64,000 bases of DNA from Callorhinchus milii. Taxonomy: Eukaryota. The stretch covers positions 72,356,001-72,420,000 of the forward strand of contig NW_024704742.1 of NCBI RefSeq assembly GCF_018977255.1, read 5' to 3'. The notes beneath the pieces are model-generated. The model was not told where the DNA came from. It made no database searches and was given only the letters and a program-made list of their open reading frames with translations. This document shows, in pieces, positions 50,000 through 63,225 of this stretch. Each line of letters begins with the position of its first letter. The stretch's first letter is position 1. Both the position numbers and the translations under genes were made by a program.

Positions 50000-51935
50000 C
50001 CTCACGGTTTACTGCCAGCTGTGGCTCGAGCACCTTCACACCTACCGCCGCTCCCTCTTGCAAACAAAAACTATGCACTACTCAAACATTATTCTGGAGG
50101 CCAAAAATAAATCCAAAATCCCATTCTCCACCACCACCTCCTCTGTGCATCCCTTCAAACACCCTCAATCATTTCATCAGACACCAAGTGTGAAGAGGTC
50201 ATGGACTTCCTTACCTCTAAAACTGACACTATCCACCTGGCAGTCTCATCCTTTTGATCCCTGTCCCCCTACCACCCACCCCTTCCTCCCTCTCACCCTT
50301 CATCACCCTGATGAAACCCATTGCCTGCTGCCTCAACCCCCTCCCCACCCAACTGCTAATCACCCAACTCCCCCTCCTCTGCCCACTGCTGGCAGACATT
50401 ATTAATTAGCCCCTCTCCTCAAGATCAGTCCCACTCCCCCTGAAAACTGTCATCATCACCCCCCTCCTTAAGAAACCTACCCTAGACCACTCCAACCTTG
50501 GGCATTACCATCCTATCTCAAACCTGCCTTTCCTGGCTAAAGCTTTGGAATGTGTCGATGCCACCAACTTCATGCACACCTCTCCCTCTACTCCCTACTC
50601 AAGCCCTGCCAGTCTGGTTTCCGCCCTACCCACAGTACTGAGACAGCGCTCATGAAAGTCATAAACGATATCCTCTCTATCTGTGACCAGGGCTCCCTCT
50701 GCCTCCTCATCCTCCTGGACCTCTCTGCCGCGTTTGACACAGTCAATCACATCATCCTCCTTCACCACCTCTCCATCATCCACCCAGTGGGACCACACTC
50801 GCTTGGTTCGAGTCCTACCCTACAAACTACCAGTACTACATTTCCACAAATGGTTTTTCTTCTTGCCCCCTCAAAATCACGTGTGGGGAACCCCAAGGTT
50901 CCATCCTTGGCCCCCTTCTCTTCCTCATCTATTTGCTTCCTTTTGATGATGTCATTAGCAGACACGGTTAACTTCCACATATATGTGGATGACACTCAAC
51001 TCTATTTTTCCACCTTCAGCTGCGCCCCCCAGTCCTCTGATGTTCTGACAGCTGGTCTGGCAGATATCAAGGCCTGGATGTGCATAAATTTCTTGCAGTT
51101 AAACATCAACAAGACGGAAGCCATACTCTTTGGCTCCCGTCGACGTATCCTGTCCTGCGGTTCGGACCTCCTCAAACCACCCAATCTGTCCTTAAAACTC
51201 TCTGAACTCGTGCACAACTTAAGCATCAGGTTGACTCCTCAGTTGTCCTTCCTTCCCACATCTGGTCTCTGATAAGGACTGCTTTCCTCCACCTATGCCA
51301 CATTGCCTGCTCCGACAATACCTCACTCCACAAGCTGCCGAAACCATTGTCCATTCTTTTGTCACCTCTCGGCTGGACTGTTCAAATGCCCTCCTCGCTG
51401 GTCTCCCCTCCTCCACTATTCACAAAATTCAGCTCATCCAAAACTCTACTGCCCACATTCTCACTCGCACTAAACTCCACACCCCGATTACTCCAGTCCT
51501 TGCCAAACTCTATTGGCTCCGTGTCACAGAGCGGATTGACTTCAAGATCCTCACTCTAGTGTTTAAATCCCTCCACACTTTGGCAACCCCCTATCTCTCC
51601 AACCTCCTCTCTCCTCGCAGCACAAGCCGCTGCCTCTGCTCTACTGGCTCCGGCTTCCTCCTTGTCCCTCAAATCCTCCGCTCCACCATCAGCGGCCGTG
51701 CCTTCAGCCACTATGCCCCAAAGCTATGGAGCTCCCTCCCTCAATCCCTTTACGTTGTGTCCTCTTTCCCCATTTTCAGATTGCGCCTAAAGACCTTCCT
51801 CTTCGACCGTGCCTATGGTCACCTTCCCCCTCCCCTGGCTCGGCATCGGACTCCACCATTGCTAAGCGCTCTGGGATGCTGCCCAGCGTGAAGGGCACTA
51901 TATAAATGCAAGTTGTTGTTGAAGTTGTTGTTGTC
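50000..51935 (+). mobile_element. L2 LINE, ~1.9 kb 3' portion with frameshifted RT
   Basis: QSGFRPTHSTETALMKVINDIL..LILLDLSAAFDTVNHIILL..HIYVDDTQLY..LQLNINKTEAIL..SRLDCSNALLAGLP..LKTFLFDRAY; (TTG)n tail; frameshifted, so non-functional. Confidence 0.95.
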
Positions 51936-52719
51936 ACAGTAATTTGCAACACTTGCAGTAATGTCATATTGACAGATGGATACAGAATTACATTAGCATT
52001 GGTCCTGCCAGTGCCAATTTATAAATTAATTAAGATGCTATTGAACGAAGATCAGAGTCAGCAGTGGAATCCCTATCATCAGCTGTTGTTGCTCCACCCA
52101 CACATTCTTTGCAAAACAGCTGTGAGTAAACTCCACAACTTCTTGGTTTATTAACCAGTCCTCTCTCTTTGCCTCATATGCTCTAACTACTTTCTTCACC
52201 AAAGGTTTTGAAATTGCCTCATCTTCGATCATGTTCTCCCCATTTCCTATTCCTCTGCTCTAATTTCCTCTCTCTCTCTCACAGCAGTAATAGGGTATTT
52301 CTTGTCTGCACATTCCATCCCACCATCCTTTACATTCACCTGATCATCCTACCATTTGCACCATTATCATTGAGCAAAATATGAATCTTGCAAGCTAAAG
52401 TCCTAATGAGTAGGGGGATCCTAGCTGGTTAAACAAGCATTAAAAATGTATGTATACCAACAGTAATTTCAAATAAATATTCAATATAAACCAGAGGAAA
52501 TAGCTTGGGTGGGGACACCGGCTAATTCCTACTGACAATATGGTCTTACATCAATACAGCAGGAAATAAATCATATTAACTTTAATTTAGATATAAACTG
52601 CAGATCAGTTCAGCAGATAAGAACTTGTGCTGCTTTGAATAAATAATCAAAGCACAGACTCAGTAAGTACAGGGTTTATTGTCCATCCTTTGATATTCAA
52701 TATCAATATTTATTCTTGT

Positions 52720-53483
52720 GAATCCTCCCCATGGGGGAGGTAACCCTCCTCGCAGCTGAGCTGGCTCTAAGTTAATATGCTTGGCAACAGCATTTCGGAA
52801 TTGAGTCAACCCTCTGTGGCGGGATCAGTAGTTTTTGAGCTAGGAAGGTCTGCAATGCTCTGCAAGACAATGTTGTAAGATTAGCCAGCCTGGTTCATTG
52901 GGAAGACTTTGGAAGGGCCAGGGATTCTTTCCACTCAACTTCTGTTAACCCTGGAAGTCAAAACCCTAAAACATACAGTGGTCTGAGCTAGACAAGCAGA
53001 AGGAAGCTTCCCAGCCAATTCTCTCAATGAAAAGCTATGCAGCATTACTCCAACACACACGCCTGGGTCCCAAAGCCTTGGCTCTCGCCAACCTAAGGCT
53101 AACGATCTCTAGAATTAAATAAAGAGGGTGCATCCCTTTAAAGAGAGAACGCCTTTCATCCAGACACAGGGAAATTTCTATGGAGTGGAGTCCTGTAGCT
53201 CAGTGGTTAGAGCACTCGCTTTGCAAGCGAGAGACCTGAGTTCAATTCCAGGCAGAGGGCGAAACCTTGGGCAAGTTTCCTTACTCCACACACCTAATAA
53301 TAATCCCTCTAAAACCAATAATAAATTGGTCATTTTCAATCTACGACTGTTTGTGGGACACTGCTGTGCGTAATTGGCTGCCGCGTTCGCCCACAAATAT
53401 ACAGTCAATTCATTTTACAGTGTGTTCTGTGAAGCACTTTGGAACGTCCTCCCAACATGAAAAGAGCTATATCAAATGCAAGG

Positions 53484-53554
<71 letters not shown>

Positions 53555-53655
53555 GTGTAGGTGGCATACATTTGTGAAATTCTAAGTCTAGATGGGCTAC
53601 TCTTAAATACTGTGATTGGTTTCTGCACGTGTCACATACCCAGTTGACCAAAAAC
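52720..53655 (+). mobile_element. Unclassified A-tailed repeat, copy 4 (longest), split by a SINE
   Basis: Reverse complement of copies 1-3; resumes after the SINE with atgtgtaggtggcatac..gttgaccaaaaa. Confidence 0.75.
53187..53553 (+). mobile_element. tRNA-Ala SINE short subfamily, full length, with an expanded (TTA)n tail of ~22 units
   Basis: Direct reading. Confidence 0.93.
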
Positions 53656-54699
53656 ATATTGTGAATATACATAATACAAAACTATACCAGAACTATTATA
53701 CTTTATTTAGATTTTAAAGATTCAAAATTGATAAAAATGTACGACTTACATTTGTCTGAAATGCTCAGAATATTTTGTTCATTGTGGTTTCCAAATAATG
53801 CTATACCTTATGGCTGAGAAGATTTTCAGTTGGTTGTCTGAAGGAGCTTCATATGTTTTGATTTATGGAAAAAGGCTTGAATGATGGATAACCAACAATT
53901 TCATTTAGGAGTGTAAACCAATCTGCTGTGCTTCAGATCCGTCTAAAGATATAGTAGCAGAACCTGTCTGATTAGCACAATGCACTTCTAACTACGGAAT
54001 ATATTTGGTGCATGATTCACCAAGTCTTCCCTGATGTTTTTTAGCGCATGAAACACCTTATCTAATCCTTGTTAACTCTGCAAGCCAAAGCCCTAACGTT
54101 ATGGTTATTTTTAAGTATGGTTATGTGTCAAACATCTGGCTGACCAAAAATAAATCTAAAACCATTTTCCTGCTTGCTCCCCTAATCATTTAATATAACT
54201 CCTTCAAGCTTCTCTCTAATTCTCTTTTAGAATAATGAATGGAACATGCTTCAACAATGATTTGCATCAGGAAATTTCAAATATCAATCACCCTCTATGT
54301 AAAGATTTTTTTTCAAGCCGCCCCTTTAATTCTTTTCTTGATCATTGTAAATGTATAACCTCATGCTCCTATGTGTTTTTTTCTGTTGTTGTGCATCAAT
54401 GCTTTATCACAGACAGAATCTTCTGCTGAAATTGGAAATATTTACTCTGTGGAAGGACTTTTGTTGTTGTATAAAATTCAAGGTTTCCTGTTTTGTTGGT
54501 GACAATTTGGATAGAATGCATTGTGTGCAAAAAAAAAGATTAAAATTTAAAGGGAAAACACAAATTTTGTTTTACTGCTTGTGGAGGTGCAAACATTTAA
54601 AGATTTTTTTTCTAATGTTAGTTTGGGGGTTTCATTGCGTGTTTAGGAGACCATTGTGCCTTCTCTTGCCAATGGACATTTTGGTTTCCTTTTTTTTTG

Positions 54700-55095
54700 T
54701 TTTGTTTACCCAGGTGTCTGACATATGCAGAAACCCATCACCATGCTTAAGAGTATCCCAACCACACTGAGTTTTTTCTCTCTCTCTCTCTCTATCCATA
54801 TGTATTCAGCACCGGTTGGCAAAGCTAAGGCTTGAGGACCCCAGAGTATGAGTTGGAATACTGCTGGAGTTTAAGCAGCTTGATGGTCCTTGGTAGGCAT
54901 AGCTTGCCATTGAAAGCCCTGTTTGGCAATCTTCATGCTGCTTGTCTACTTCGGACCACCCTATCTGTTAGGGATTTGGTGTACTTCCAATAGACGCTAA
55001 GTGGGAAGAATCTTTTGTCTCCAGTGACTAGTCTGCCCCTCCAAGTTCATGATATGTTGGGCTGGATAGTCTGTAGTCAGCAGTGAAATATGGAT
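54700..55095 (-). mobile_element. Unclassified A-tailed repeat, copy 5 (plus a small internally deleted copy at 54071-54150, +)
   Basis: A poly-T run precedes caggtgtctgacatatgcagaaacccatcaccatgcttaagagtatcc. Confidence 0.75.
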
Positions 55096-55134
55096 CTTGA
55101 TATGACTGGGTTGGTTAGCCTATATGTTAGCTAC

Positions 55135-56050
55135 AGGTTAGCCCAACTCTATCTCCCTTGCTCCATCCTTGACTCCAGGACCTCTGATGTTCTGACAGAC
55201 TGTCTGTCAGACATTGGGTCCTGGATGAGAACTAACTTTCTACAGTTGAACGTCAGCAAAACCGAGGCTTTCCTGATTGACTCGTGCCAGCACCTCTGCA
55301 CCTCAGGCACTGGCAGCATCAGCATCCATGGACGTACACGCCACCTCACCAAGCCAGTCAGAAACCTGGGCGTCTTGTTCGACCCTCAATTTTCCTTTCT
55401 CCCCCACATCTGTGCCATGATTTGCTCTGTCTTCCCCACCTCTGCAACATTGCCCGTCTCTGCCACTGCCTCACCGCTCAGGTCGCTGAAACCTTCAAAC
55501 GTGCCTTCATTACTTCCAGGCTCGACCATGCCACCTTCCTACTTATCGGCCTTGCCAGCTCTTCCCTCCACAAGCTGCTGATCATCCAGAACTCTGAAGC
55601 TCGTGTCTTCTCCCGCATCAGGTTCCTTGAACCCATCACACCCACCCTTACCTGGCTCCACTGGCTCCCCATCCCTCAGAGGATCAAGTTCAAAAGGCCT
55701 TCGATGGCTTTGCCCCCTCCTACCTCTCTGACCTGCTAACCCCTTATCAACCTGTCCGCTCTCTCGGCTCAGCAGCTTCTAGCCTACTCTAGGTCCCCGC
55801 CCAACCGGCCCCACAATCGGTCGGGCCTTCAGTCTCTCTGCCCATCTCAAGGCACATCTCAAGACCCTTCTCTTCGACTGTTCCTTCTGCCACCCTTCCA
55901 CCCTCTTTGCCCTTCACCCTCCCTGATCCCAACCCCCCAACTCCACCCCCCCTCCCCCGCTGCTGCTTGGATCCTAATCCCTGACTGCTCAGTGCCCTGG
56001 GACGTCCTCACGATATGAAAAGCGCTTTACAAATGTAGTTTTGTATTGTA
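55135..56050 (+). mobile_element. L2 LINE 3' ~900 bp
   Basis: LTDCLSDIGSWMRTNFLQLNVSKTEAFLI..VRNLGVLFDPQFSF..LHWLPIPQRIKFK. Confidence 0.92.
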
Positions 56051-56344
56051 TATAAAGTTTCCTTTTTCCCTCATTTTATCTTAAAGTGACATTATAATGG
56101 GCACTTGTATAATTTATCTTTTGTTGATATATTAGAGAGGGGCTGAATGAGAGTACTCTGAGTGAATAGCACACCAGGTATAAACTAGAAAGGTATAGCT
56201 GGAAGTAGTATCCAAATCTTCAGACTCACAGAAATTGCAACTTGCCATTGTGATAGAAAGATCCTGCTCGACAGCAACATTTTTCTGGTCAGTTAACAAA
56301 ACTGCAGAAAAGGGTTCAGGCCCCAATGGATAAAGTTGCATTTT

Positions 56345-56690
56345 ACAAAGCTTGCTGGTTCAAATCTCAGTCTGCTGAGATTTCTGGTCACAGCCAGGTT
56401 TGCATGGAGAGGATAGATAGACCCCAGCTTTCCAAAGTTAGGGTTAGGGAGGAGAAAATCAGCTGGGTTTCCTGGACCTGATACCTCTTCAGCACCCACT
56501 ACAGGTTGTGGCTATGTGTGGCAGCTAGGTGTGAAGAGGTCAGGTTTAGTTGTGACAGCCTCTACAATCAGTTGACCTGCCGACATTCACTGCCAAGACT
56601 CACACATGAACAATGGCCACTTGGATGGGATACCGGAGGGCAACCAGCGACTGTGGAACCGCACCCAGGCTTGAGAATAGCAGAGGCATA
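56345..56690 (+). mobile_element. Old SINE-like repeat recalled from shark genomes
   Basis: B-box-like ggttcaaatc, then gggttagggaggagaaaatcagctggg and ctcacacatgaacaatggccacttgg blocks; recognised from memory only. Confidence 0.45.
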
Positions 56691-57569
56691 TGCCAAATTG
56701 GAAAATGTGGAAGAAAGTTCAGAAATCTCCACGTTACTGCATTTCACTGTCAATGACAAATCAGTGTTACTTAACACAAAACTTAAATGTGATTCAGAGA
56801 AAAAAANTCAAAAGAAGCAAAAAGAAAAGGAACAGTTTATAGATATTATAAGCACTTTGTTCCTGTGGCATTATTCCAGTGGGAAGGGGTATAGATATTC
56901 ATCTAGTTTGGAGAAAAACAATGCAATTTTTGGCCACCAGCAGCACAAATAAATTTAAAAACAAATTCAGGGAAAGAGAAGCTTGATGTTCTGTAACACT
57001 TTGTTCCACTCTCCCATTCTTCCCTGCCTCACATTTATAACAATAAATTAGATAACACCTTCTTGCTAAATTAGAAGATTAGAATTTGCTTTGTATTTTG
57101 TGGTGCACTATTTGTGTGGTAGGTTTCAATTGAATATTTGCAACATCTCATGAGATATAATAATAAGCCTTGCATTTGATACAGCACCTTATCACGTCTT
57201 CAAGACATCTCAAAGCGCTTCGCAGAATATACTGTAAAGTGAATTGACTGTGTATTTTGTGGGCAAAATGCAGAAGCTAATTGAGCATAGCAGTGTTCTA
57301 CAAACTCTTCTTTGAGCTACTTCTAAGGCCTATGCTTTCTTTTTATGCTGTGGCAATCAGAATTGCATCCAATACTTCAAGTCCAGTCTGACCAGAGCAC
57401 GATACAGCTTGGGTATAACTTCTCGGGATCTGAACTGATTTAGCATTATAACCCAGCATCCCAGTTGTGTTGTTTATTGCTCCCTCACACTATCTTAACA
57501 TGGTGAGCAATGAGTCATCTAATGAGCCAAAACCCTCATACATGCTTTCATTACATTCAATGAAAAATC

Positions 57570-58142
57570 ATTGCTTGTTGGCCTCCCCAACTCCTCCCTC
57601 CACAGGCTGCAGATTATCCAGAACTCTACAGCCCATGTCCTCTACCACACCAGGCTCCACAATCCTATCACCCCCATCCTCGTCCATCTCCACTGGCTTC
57701 CCATCACACAGAGGATACAGTTCAAGATCCTGGTCTTCACGTTCAAAGCCCTCCATGGTCTTACTCCCCCTACCTCTGCAACCTCCTAACCCCCTACCAA
57801 CTTGCCCGCTCTCTCCGCTCAATGGGCTCCGGCCTGCTTCACGTCCCCCGCCTCACTCGCTCCACTATTGGTGTCTGGGGCCTTCTGCCATTGCCCCCAC
57901 CCTCTGGAATTCCATCCTGCAGTCCCGTTGCCTTCCCCCCACCCCACCTTGCCACCTGCAAGACTCATCTCAAGACTCTCCTCTTTGACCGTGCTTTCAA
58001 TCTCCTTGCTTCCCCCCCAACCCTCCACCCTCCCCAACCCCCAGATTGGATTCGAAACTCCGTCTGTCCAGCGCCTTGGGATGTCCTCCCAACGTGAAAG
58101 GCCCTATATACAAATGTAATTTTGTTGTTTTGTTGTTGTTGT
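57570..58142 (+). mobile_element. L2 LINE 3' fragment
   Basis: LVGLPNSSLHRLQIIQNS..LHWLPITQRIQFKIL; (TTG)n tail. Confidence 0.9.
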
Positions 58143-58259
58143 AATACCTCTAGGTCTCTTAGAGGTTCCCCCTTGGCACGTTTTACCCATCCATGGAATA
58201 CATGCGTTTGCATTTATTGCGGCACTTCAATTGAACTTCAAGTATCAGTGAGCAGCCCA

Positions 58260-58720
58260 TGCGCATACCTTGTCAAACTTTCTTTGTAATACATTTTCTG
58301 CCTTCTCTGATTCCACTGTTCCCCCTAACTTGATGACATTAAGTGCTCCGAAACTCTACCCCACACGAAGGGCACCATATAAAAAATGCAAGTTGTTGTT
58401 GCAAATTTCACGACTTGTGCTTGCACTGAGTCTGTGAATCCAGGTCACTAGTCACTGGTGTGTACAAGGAACAGAAAGGGTCCAAGTGCAGTTTACTGCA
58501 ATATCCTGTTCAATACCTCCCTCACATTTTGACCTATTTTTAGCTCCACTAACAATTACCTCTGCTTCTTTTCCATTTAGGCAGTTCCCAATCCATTTGC
58601 TTGCTTGCTTCCAGTCTGTTGGAATATTTCCAATGGTTATCGAGTGCCTTAAAATAATTCTCATTGTTTCACAAATCTCCTGCCTTGTCTCTCTGAGCAC
58701 CTTGAAGTACAGCTTATCCA
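58260..58720 (-). mobile_element. Decayed CR1 RT fragments
   Basis: KVLRETRQEICE..GNIPTDWKQA..WIGNCLNGK. Confidence 0.6.
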
Positions 58721-61259
58721 TCCAGAGGACTTGTAAGTTTTCAGCCCCTTGAGCCTACTATAACGATAACAACACATTTATATTGTGCCTTCCATGCTGT
58801 AGGACATCACAAGGTGCTGAACATCAGCACAAGTAATGTCAACGTCTAAGAGCTCACACAATAAAGTGTTGGTTGTTGAATTGAATTTTCACTTTTTTAG
58901 TGTTCTCACCGTCAAAAATCCTGGCGTTTAAAGTACCTCAAGTAGTCTTTCTAGACTACTATTATTCTATTATTCATTTTACAATTTGTGACAAACCTAC
59001 TGAAGAAGATGTGGATAAAGTTGGAAATGCTTTCAGTGACACAGGCAGTTTGAATGTTCCGTCTCCGTGTGAGAAACACAACCAACAACAGGCTGGTGAA
59101 AGTATCTGCTGACAAAAGACAATCCGTGTTGGCTAGATTGGGGAAAAAAGGAGCCCATCAACTTGTTATATATTTTTTATTTTGTGGACACTGTTTGATT
59201 CAAGTCTTCTCTTGATGGAGATTATTTAAGTGCCATTGAAAAAAACACACAGCAACCAGTTAAAGAAAGTATCCTTAGTCGCTGGAGTGTGAAGACTGTA
59301 AAGTGGTATTCATAACAAACACAAAGAAAGGCAGGTGCGGTGGTTTACACAAGAATTGCAACTCCTCGGTGACATTTTGTACTCAAAATTCCTATCAGAA
59401 CAATCACTATGTCAGCTAAGTCCACTTTTACACTAAATAGATTTGGATGAAGGCCCTACAGCCCATCTAATCTCATCCTTTTAGAATACCCACCTTCCCA
59501 TCTTCCCATCATTGCAACAAAGCTGCTTTTTAAAAAACTGAGTCCAGAATCCTGGCCTCAACCACCCTTTCTGTTAACCTGTTCCAGTTGTTAATTACCC
59601 TCTGGGTAAAGAAATACATCCTGGTGTCTGTCAATTGTCTTCTGCAACTCTAAATCTGTGTCCTATTGTTCTGCTGTCTCGATCTTATATACCTCCATAC
59701 AGTTCAGTCTGAGATTTTCCTTTCAAGACTGAAGAGCTCTATCCTAAATAATAAGTTGTATATTTGATATAATGCCTTTCATGCTGAGTGGATGTCTGAA
59801 AGTGCTTCATAGGATTTACTGTAAAGTGTAGTGACTACATATTTTGTTGGCTAATCAGTACTCAGTGATCATTTCTCCAACAATGGGGATCATCCATGTT
59901 GCTCTCCTCTGACTTCCTGTAAAGTCTGGGTGGCCCCTAATGTCTGTATACAGTATTCTAGATGCAGCCTGACCAGATCTGAACTGAACTGATTTAGCAA
60001 TATAGATGCAGATATGATTTCTAAGGGAAACTCAAGCTTTATTTTGCAACCACTAATTAAGTAGAAGTGATAAATGGCAACTTCACTACCTACTTCTCAG
60101 CCAGACTACACTTTGCACCAAGTTGCAGCACCTTTTATCTGGCCATTCCACTCCTCTTTCAAAGAAAAGGGACTGTGAATCACACATCAGAAGAGACTTC
60201 TTCAAGCCCAAAGCTGATGCTAAGGCTGTCTGCAACAACAACAAAATTACATTTGAGGTTTAAACTTCAGAGGGTTACAACGAATGAGCTGTCAGTCACT
60301 CTCTTTCAGCAAATCAAAACCACAAGTTCCCCGGGATGTAGTCATGAAAATATTTGGCCTGTCCTCAATGAAATGGCATTTTACACTTGAAGAATATCCA
60401 AACATGTAACGTTGAAAACAAAACCTCGTATGTAACTGAGTATAGTTTTCTGAAAAAGACAGGAATCATCTGAACCTAACTACAATTCCACTTTTTTTTC
60501 TGTAGGATTAGGAATCAATCGCAGTTAGGAAATTTATATTAGATTTACTGCTTCCAAGGAGGTTCACTTTAAAGGGGGAGTGTGATGGTGGTGGTAGGAT
60601 TAATATGTAACTCTTTTAATAAACTGGCAACCTGGTGGTATGAAATGTTAACATATCAATGTGCCAGTTGCAACTAATCCATCAACAGCTTGTGCAAGCC
60701 AAGGAACTAGCTGAGGCTTATGGTTTCTGTTTGCATGTGTACTTTTCATTCTCCTGCAATAACTGTAAGGAATTATTATTTAATATGAATGCCAGCTCTC
60801 TGTAATGGAAATAGAGAAAGATAATGATCCCAAAAGAGGTAGATTCACCCTCAGTGGACTTGCATTATGTAAGACAAAGTGAGGTTGAATGAATAGATGG
60901 ATAACAAGGGGGCGGAGGTGGTGTCGGAGATGGCATTTTACACATGTTGGCACAAAGTAAACTAAAGTATATCACCCACCTGTCATTTGGGGTTTGGTTT
61001 CAGGCGTTCTTGGAAATGTTTACATTTTGGGAGGTATATTTTTAATCCTGATTTTCCACTTCAATATCTCTTTACTGTTGAACTATATTATTGTGTTTGT
61101 TTTAGATCAGATGCTTAATCAGAAGATCTGGTGAAATCTTTAACTTACACCCTACTAATAGAGTCACTAATCAGTCAACTCATAATGCTTGCCTGTCCTC
61201 TTTGTTATGCCGCCTCTATTGCTGTCAACTGTTTACTCGTACGCAAATGCAAAAGCGAA

Positions 61260-61510
61260 TTTGCACAAAGCAAAGTCCTATAAATAACCATGAAGTGAAT
61301 GACCAAATTATCTGGAGGATTGTTGTCCAGAACATCCTTCTCTTTTCATGTTAAAATGCCATGGGATCTTTAACAGGCAGACAGAACCTTGGTTTAATGT
61401 TCCAGCCGAAGGACAGTAGCTCTGACAAATTAGTCCTCCCCTGGCTCTGCATTGAAATGTCAGCCTAATGTTTGAGCTCAGAGTCCTGACCCGACATGGG
61501 GTTTAAACCT
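61260..61510 (-). mobile_element. Deu-domain SINE remnant
   Basis: gccatgggatcttta..ccttggtttaatgtt is the reverse Deu core; similar remnants lie at 2500-2810, 17290-17530 and 63730-63920. Confidence 0.65.
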
Positions 61511-62772
61511 ATAAAAAACTGACTTCAAAATTCAGATTGAATTTAAGAATTTGCCAAGTTCCCCAGTACCCTGGATGAGGGGGAATAGAATAAATATAGA
61601 TTAGATAGATAAGGGATGATAGTTGGAACATATAAATCTAGATATTGTATTGTATTTGATCATGAATCCCAACACTCATTTCACCAATTGAGATTTTTAT
61701 TTTTTATTTCGGGGGGTGGGGGTGAGGGGAGGCTGAAGGGAAGGATGAAAGAAATAATAAAAGAAGAAGAATCTATGCAACAGATTTCAAACTTTTATGT
61801 GGCATACTTTACATGGATATCAAGTCATTATTTGACCACAGAATAATCGAAGGTCAGTGTAATGGAAGTTACGTTTTTGAAAGTAAATGTTGTGCATGGT
61901 CAGTGAAAGTAGCTTTTGTTTTGGTCTATACGGATGTCTCCATCCTCTGAGACTAATGGTTTTCCTCGAATACGTTAGTGAAAGTATCTTATACATGATT
62001 TTGTTCTGGTCTATGTGGAAGTCTTCATGCACAGAGACTGATGGGTATCCTCTCACAGTGGTCTGTGCTGTAGTAAAGGCAACAAACCCTCTGTACATCC
62101 TCATCATATTTCTTAGTGCATTATCCTGAACACTCATATGACATATGGATAAAGTGACAACATACGTCTTAAGGGAAAAGTTTTCCAGTGGAAATGGAAC
62201 AAGTCAAAATGTCATCAACATGAATAAATTAAAGACAGTGGAAAGATAATTGGAAGAGTACTACTAGAGATCAGAACATTTCAGAAATTGTTATTATTAC
62301 ATCCAGAAGATGAACAGGAAACAGATTGATGGTTTATAATTACAAATAAAATGGGAAATGAGGTGGACAAAAGGGACAATTAGAAATTGTTTCACATATC
62401 AAACACAAAAAACTCTGATACAAAAAACTACTTAACTATGATCTGAGGGTATAAAGACCAATGAAAAGACCAGTGTAAAAACAATATCTACAATACCACA
62501 GTCATTCTTGCTGTCTATGACATTGAAATAAACATAAATGTTCAATGTTAAAAGCAATAGGTTTTCCATAGGGTGAATCCTATTAAACTGAGTTACAATT
62601 TTAATTAAAAGTAACAAAAAAATTAACGAATTCAACTTTGTCCACCTTTTAACTATCTTTTACTATTTTTTCCTCCCTATCCTATCATCTGTTTACTCAT
62701 TCGCCTATAGTCCTGTCCACCTGCCCCTTTTCGCTTGCTTGGCTTCCAGCTATCCTTTGTGAAGGCACAATA

Positions 62773-63225
62773 ACCATGCCTACAGTGACCTCTCCTTCCC
62801 CCGGCTTGATGTTGTGCTCCGCCCGTCAAGCACTCCTGCAAGCTACCCTGCGTGAGGGGCACTATATTGGTGGAGTCCTGTAGCTTAGTGGTTAGAGCAC
62901 TCGCTTTGCAAGCGAGAGACCTGAGTTCAATTCCAGGCACAGGGCGAAACCTTGGGCAAGTTTCCTTACTCCACACGCCTAATAATAATCCCTCCAAAAA
63001 AACAAAAAACAATAATAAATTGGTCATTTTCAATCTACGACTGTTTGTGGGACATTGCTGTGCGCAATTGGCTGCCGCGTTCGCCCACAAATATACAGTC
63101 AATTCACTTTACAGTGTGTTCTGTGAAGCGCTTTGGGACGTCCTCCCGACGTGAAAAGCGCTATATCAAATGCAAGGATTATTATTATTATTATAATATA
63201 AATAAAAGTTGTTATGATTGTTGTC
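62773..63225 (+). mobile_element. L2 3' ~100 bp + full tRNA-Ala SINE (62872-63193) + L2-like tail remnant
   Basis: 62773-62871 is almost identical to the reverse complement of 49605-49703. Confidence 0.9.

Noticed and set aside
50550..51891. Functional reverse transcriptase gene
   Set aside because: Multiple frameshifts and 5' truncation; a dead L2 copy.
53187..53260. tRNA-Ala(TGC)-like sequence (also at 5677, 13270, 49535, 62872)
   Set aside because: SINE head: no acceptor stem or T-run terminator, and it continues into the SINE body.
56807..56807. Single N base
   Set aside because: Assembly ambiguity next to an A-run; no biological meaning.
58900..59112. Possible exon of a syntenic neighbour such as EMCN (AG acceptor, LTVK peptide)
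   Set aside because: The LTVK frame stops within a few codons, and no endomucin transmembrane or cytoplasmic motifs were found anywhere in the window.
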